NCBI RefSeq assembly: GCF_009914755.1
Contig: NC_060925.1
DNA from: the human T2T-CHM13v2.0 reference genome, Homo sapiens
Length of the DNA stretch: 64,000 nucleotides
Direction: 5' to 3' (one strand)
In this document: positions 58,341-64,000 of the stretch, piece by piece
Layout: each line of letters starts with the position of its first letter
Numbering within the stretch: the first letter of the stretch is position 1
The notes under the pieces: generated by a model
What the model saw: the letters and a program-made list of their open reading frames with translations, nothing else
Database searches by the model: none
Told to the model about the DNA's origin: nothing
Translations under genes and position numbers: made by a program

Positions 58341-60559
58341 TTGAGGTGTATTTATTCTATATCTAATTTGATGAGCGTTTTCATCAGGAAATAATATCTA
58401 ATTTTGTGAAATGCTTTTGTGCAGTTTTGAGATGATTATCTTTTTATTTTTCAGTTTGTTAATATTGTGTACCACATTTATTGATTTGCATATGTTAATC
58501 CATCCTTGCATCCCAGGAATAAATTTTGCTTAGTCATGGTGAATGATCTTTTTAATGTACTATTAAATTCAGTTAGCTAGTATTTTTTTGAGAATTTTTG
58601 TATCTATGTTCATCAGGCATATTGGCTTGTAATTTTCTTTTCTGGTAGTCTTCTGGTCTGGCTTTTGTATTAGGGCAATTCTGGCATTTTAAAATAAGTT
58701 TAGAGGTATTTCATTCTTCTCAAGTTTTTGGAAGAGTTTGAGAATGATAGGTGGTATTTTGGTTTTTCCTTTAAATAATTGATAGAATTTACCAGTGAAA
58801 GTATCTGGTCCTTGGGACATTTTTGGTTATTGATTCAATTTCCTTACTTGTTATCATTCTATTCAGAGATCTATTTCTTCATATTTCAGCCTTGGGAGGT
58901 TGTATGTTTCTCAGAATGTATCCTTTTTTTTTTTTTTCTAGTTTATCAACTTCGGGGCATACAGTTTTTCTTAGTAGTCTATGGTTTTTTTTTGTATTTC
59001 TGTGGTATCACTTGTAATGTCTCCTCATTTATTTCTGATTTTATTTATTTGATTCTGCTCTCTTTTTTTCTTAGTTTAGTTAAAAATTTGTTAATTTCAT
59101 TTATCTTTGAAAAACTCCTACTGTCCTATTGTGTTTCTAGTCTTTATATAATTTATTTCTGCTTACATCTTTGTTATTTTCTTCTACTAATTTTGGTATT
59201 AGTTTGTTTTCTTTTTTTTCTTTTTCTACTTTCCAGAGGTGTAAAGTTATGTTGTTTACTTGAGATCTTTTTTTTTCTTCATTAGACCATTATCACTATA
59301 AACTTCCCTCTTTGAACTGCTTTTGCTGCATCTTGTAAGATTTAGTAAGCTGTGTTTTCCATTTTCATTTGTCTCAAGATATGTTTTAATTGTCCCTTTG
59401 AATTCTTTTTTGACCCATTGATTGTTCAGGACCACATTGTTGAATTAACATGTATTTATGAATTTTTCAGTGTTCCTCTTTCCGTTGGTTTCCAGTTTTG
59501 TACCATTGTGGTCAGAGAAAATATTTAATATATTAACTTTCTTGAATTGGTTAAGACTTGTTTTGTTTCCTAACATATTATCTATTCTGGAGAATGTTTG
59601 GTGCACTGGGTGCTAACTGGGTGGGATGCAGCTGTTCTGGCTCCAGTGAAGGTGTGGCAGCATAGTCTCTGTATAGCTTCATCATTTGAAGTCAGTATCA
59701 GTGAAGGTTGCAAGAGTCCTCAGCAGCTAAGCCAGTCAGTGTATGCAGTGTTGGTGAGGGCTGTTAGGGTTTTCGGTGGCAAAGGCTGTTGGGGTCTTCC
59801 TATTCTCTTTTCTTTTCTCATGAGGAAAGCCTTGGTCAAGGGTATCTCTCTTGGTGTGGGTTCTGGCTCACAGTTGTGCTCACAGTGGCGTTGGCACTGA
59901 TGTCTGATACGCAGTGCTGCAGTGTTTGCAGTGTTAACTACCGAGCCAGTGTCTTGAGCTTGAGCATACACAAAACAGGTATGGCTTCAGGATTTTTGGT
60001 AAGTATTGGTTGGGGGGATGGCAACACTGGTCATGTGGCAACACAACAGCAGTTCCTGCTTGGATGTGGAGGGGCAAAGCAGCATCTTCTTCTCTGGGGG
60101 AACTGCGACAGCAGTGGCTGTTGGTTACTTCAGTGGAGAAAGCTGCAGATGTCCTCTGTGGAGTAGGCTGCTAGGGTCTGTTTTGATAAATGCTAAGGGA
60201 ACTTTTGCTGTAAAAGTTGTGAGGAATCCATAGATGCTGCATGGGCTGTTGAGATTCTCTGTAACAAAGGCTGCCACAGCCCTCTGCAGAGTAGGCCACC
60301 AGGAATCGTGGTGGCACCCATTGTATAGCTGATACTGATAGTCCTCACCCTTCTTTGTTTCTAGCTGTTTCCAGATGTCAGGTATGCCTAGTAATCCCTT
60401 ATGTTTGTTTTTTCTGTTTTCTGCTCCAATGTTTTGCTGTTGCTCTTAATTGGACTCTTGAACCTACCCAGGGTTATTATTATTTGTGGATTGTTAAGTC
60501 ATTGTTTATTGTAGGGTGACAAAGACTGCCATCTTGCCATCTTGCTAACATCACTCTCT

Positions 60560-61135
60560 GATTTTTATTTTAGAAGAAACAGGAAATATTTTTATGAAAA
60601 CAGGATATATGACCATATGCCTAATATATTTGAAGAAAGGAGAAATGCATTTCAGGGGACAGTAAATATAATTGTTCTGAGGCACTAGTGTTACATTAGT
60701 GTCATTCTTTTATTAATAAGTCCTCTATATTGATGGACAAACAGGCTGTATATGTGCACCCAAACACATGCTATCCTTTTGTACTGGGACAATCTTTCTG
60801 GTCATTTGCCATTTTTACTAGTTAACTTCTTTTAATTATTTAGATCTAAATTTAAATATTTCCTCCTACTCCCTTACTCTCGTAGGTTAGGTCATGTCCT
60901 CCTATGTTCTCACATCACCGCATACCTTTCATTTTTAATACTGTTGGTTTTACATTCACTTTTGTATTTATTCAAATAAACTTGGTTTCTGGCAGGAAAC
61001 TGTGTTCCAAGAGGAAAGGATACATGTCAATTTAAAATTGTCACTATAACTTAGTGCCCAAAGTATTGCTGAGAACAGAATAAAGTTTCAATAAATATTT
61101 ATTGAATACATGGGTAACAAAGGAATGAGTGCATA
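60560..61135. mobile_element. L2 fragments
   Basis: 60560-60690 resembles the L2 body (atgcatttcaggggacagtaaat...ctgaggca); about 60800-61135 ends in caataaatatttattgaat. Confidence 0.5.
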
Positions 61136-62049
61136 AATAAAGAGAGATAAGCATTTGAAAACTGGGACACACTTCTACATGGAATGTGAAGTATTAACTT
61201 ATTGGAAAAAAATGAAATAAAAGGCAATGAAATATTTATTTTTTTATAGAACAAAACATTTCACTGATTTGTATACCTAACTGCAGTTAACTATATTTCC
61301 AGCATGATCCTCAGCCTAACAGTGAAGAACTAGAGAGCTCAGAAGAAATCTGTTAGCCTCCCCAGAAAATAGTATAAAGTGAATACGCTTTGGATGATAG
61401 GCTATTAAGAAACCATGCTCAGATACTTAAAATAGCATATTCATTTGCCTAAAATTGTTTCTTTTTTGAAATAAGAATTAATGTTAAGCACTAACAATAT
61501 TTTAAGTGGTTCATATTAACCATGGCTACTTCCATACCATAGACCCAACTACTGAGAAAATATAGTAAACCTCCATATTAAAAAAAAAAAAAAAAAAGAA
61601 AAAAAAACAGTATTTTGTATCACAATAGATGCATAAAACATTTTTGTCCTGGAGTAAAGTCACCATTAAAAAAGAAAGAGAAGAGGAAGTTATTTATTAT
61701 TTATTTATTTCACCATTGGTAGATAAACCACATAGAATTAGGCCCATTACATCTCAATATGTTTCTTTGGTGAGACACATTGTATTGTTCCATAAGTAAT
61801 TTCCTATTAAAAGTTTAGACATTTCATGGATCACTAGAAAATTATTAAATGAACTAATGTAATTATTTTACATGGTACTTCTGCATTAGAACTATTTAAA
61901 TTGCACCTGTATTTGCATTTAAATGCAAATTGCAAAACATATATATTTATATTTTTTATTCATTCATACCCATTGATATACAAATACATACACATGAATA
62001 GAGAATATACCTAGCATTAATAAATGTAAACAATTTTATATTTGCCTCA

Positions 62050-63000
62050 AAAATTTATTTTTAAATTGTAAACATAATACAGATATGCAAAATACTCTTT
62101 GCAGTCTCCTTTCTGTCTCATTCTTGTCAGAGGCAACCAAAATGCTTACGTGAATTTGGCATGCATGTAATCTTTAGTGTTTTTGATTTAGAATTTCACT
62201 CAGATACTAGCATACAGAATGCATTATTCAATTATTTTTAAAAATTTTTTTGATTTGAATATTTGGCTATATATCTAGGTCAATATTTAATTACTTCTGA
62301 GGTTATAGGCTATGAATATTCCATGTCTTATTTATCCATTTCACTATAAATGGGTAGTTTGGGATTTTGTTTGTTTGTTTGTTTTTAGTATGTTAAAAGA
62401 CTCTACATGACCTGAGCCACTGATACTTCTTTGATCACATTGGCTACAATTCTGCCATTTTCTCATTTTGTTCTTGCCTCCTTAAAATTCTTCAAAAGTT
62501 TGATAAGTGATTGTAGTTTTAAGCCACTAAGTTTCAGGGTAGTTTGCTATTCAGCAATAAATAACCAAACAACATACTCTTTCAAAATCTTTAACATCTT
62601 TGTTTACATCAAAACCTTAGATTTAGTTGCTATTGTGAATGGACTGTGCTAACATGCTATACCTGGTATCTAGAAATGCTACTGATTTTTCTTTATTAGC
62701 CTTGTGTTAGGTAATCTTGCTAAAGTATCTTCTTTTTTCAAATAGATTGTGATTGTTCTTGGGTTTTCTGTGTAAACAAGTAAATATATCTCTGCAAATA
62801 ATAGAATTTTTCCTTTTTCCATTCTTTGTATCTCCTATTTACTTTTCTTATTGCACTAATTTAAACTTAAGTATGATGTTGAATGTCAGCAGTGGTAACG
62901 AGCATTCTTGTCATACTCTTGAGTTTAATGGGAAACTTCTTAATTTTAGCGTAAAGTACCTAGTAAATTTTGATAGATTTTCTTTATCATGTTGTAGGCC
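62050..63000 (-). mobile_element. Old L1ME-type fragments with a short MLT1-type LTR end (about 62510-62572)
   Basis: ttatttatccatttcactataaatgg; gaaatgctactgatttt; gcattcttgtcatactcttgagtttaatgggaa; ttttaagccactaagtttcagggtagtttgctattcagcaata. Confidence 0.6.
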
Positions 63001-63564
63001 ATCCAAAACCACAAACTATTAATAGTCCTAGTGAAGAAAGCTGATGATTCTCAGTCACAAACAAAGAGCCTATTTTCTGAGCCTCTTCAATAAAAGAGGT
63101 AGTGAGCTTCTGTGACAAATAAGGAAGCTGTGGACATTTAGGTTGCATCCACCTGTGTTGTGTATTTTTAATTTCCTGTGGACTCTTTACATTGTTTGTT
63201 GGTTAAAGTGGGAATAAAACAAAATGAAAGTAACCATAGAAGAGATCAAGTTCTCATTCTGTCCAGCACTATTTCTAGATGAACATTAGGATCTGGCCTA
63301 GCTCACAGGTTAAAAATGATACTTTCTGTTTCTAGTTTGCCAAGCATCTGCTTTAAATTATTACTAAATTTTCAACAATATTATATCTGCATCTTTTCTG
63401 ATATTTTTATTTTAATAAACAAATGAATACTTTTTGCATTACTAAGTTAGTTGTGAATTTACAGCTGATGGGGGGAAATGCCTATATTTCTATATCTATT
63501 ATTTAATTTTTATAGCTAAAAATAGGCTGAAGAGCCATCTGAATTTTTGAAAAGAATGAGAATA

Positions 63565-63868
63565 CAGATGCTCCCCAATTCGTCATGACTTGACTTAAGA
63601 TATTTTTACTTTATGATTGTGCAAAAGCAACATGCACATCAATAAATTACCTGAAGTATTCAATACTTCATTGTAAAATAGACTTTGCATTGAATGATTT
63701 TCATCAACTGTAGACTAATGTGAGTGTTTTGAGCACATTTATGGCAGGCTAGGCTAGGCAAAGATGTTCAGAAGGTTGGGAGTACTGAATGCATTTTTTA
63801 CTTCAAATATTTTCAACTTACAATGGATTTATTGGGAAGTAACTCCGTCAGGAGTCAAGGAGCATCTG
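63565..63868. mobile_element. MER47-like Tigger MITE
   Basis: TIRs cagatgctcc ... ggagcatctg with TA on both sides. Confidence 0.85.
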
Positions 63869-64000
63869 TACATGATTTGCAAGAAACTGAAGATAACATA
63901 ATTTACTTTTTTACTTCCCACATGATTTCCTTTGTAGCAGCTCCAGTTTTCAATCATTTAGCCCCAGTTAGAAGTTCTCCACTCACAAAATGGTTGTTAT

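Noticed and set aside
58779-59285. 168-aa hydrophobic, membrane-like ORF
   Set aside because: Antisense reading of T-rich L1 ORF2 sequence.

Overview
AT-rich, CpG-poor primate (human or ape) genomic DNA with no credible host protein-coding exon, RNA gene or CpG island. It reads as gene desert or a deep intron. About 1-28 kb is unique sequence mixed with old L2/MIR/LTR/DNA-transposon relics and five Alus. 28.4-35.1 kb is a near full-length, TSD-flanked L1PB-type LINE on the minus strand that carries two Alu insertions. About 44.7-60.7 kb is a deeply nested stack. An L2 is split by an L1MA9-like LINE. That LINE contains a complete MST (MaLR) provirus (itself holding an AluJ, an ERV1 solo LTR and an LTR fragment), an AluY split by a 5.7-kb two-LTR HERV-H provirus, a HERV-K(HML-2) LTR5A/B-type solo LTR and an AluS. 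The ORFs in the track that I can assign are decayed L1, HERV-H or MaLR fragments, antisense Alu ORFs or low-complexity artefacts; the rest look like chance ORFs. I see no demonstrable new biological system. The best leads are regulatory or mutational: a HERV-H whose 5' LTR keeps the TATA, GC box, PBS and splice donor and sits back-to-back with a TATA-deleted LTR5; a perfect double-octamer palindrome; a micro inverted triplication in a (TA)n tract; and a possible ancient hairpin element. Repeat subfamily names come from my recall of consensus sequences, not from a database search.
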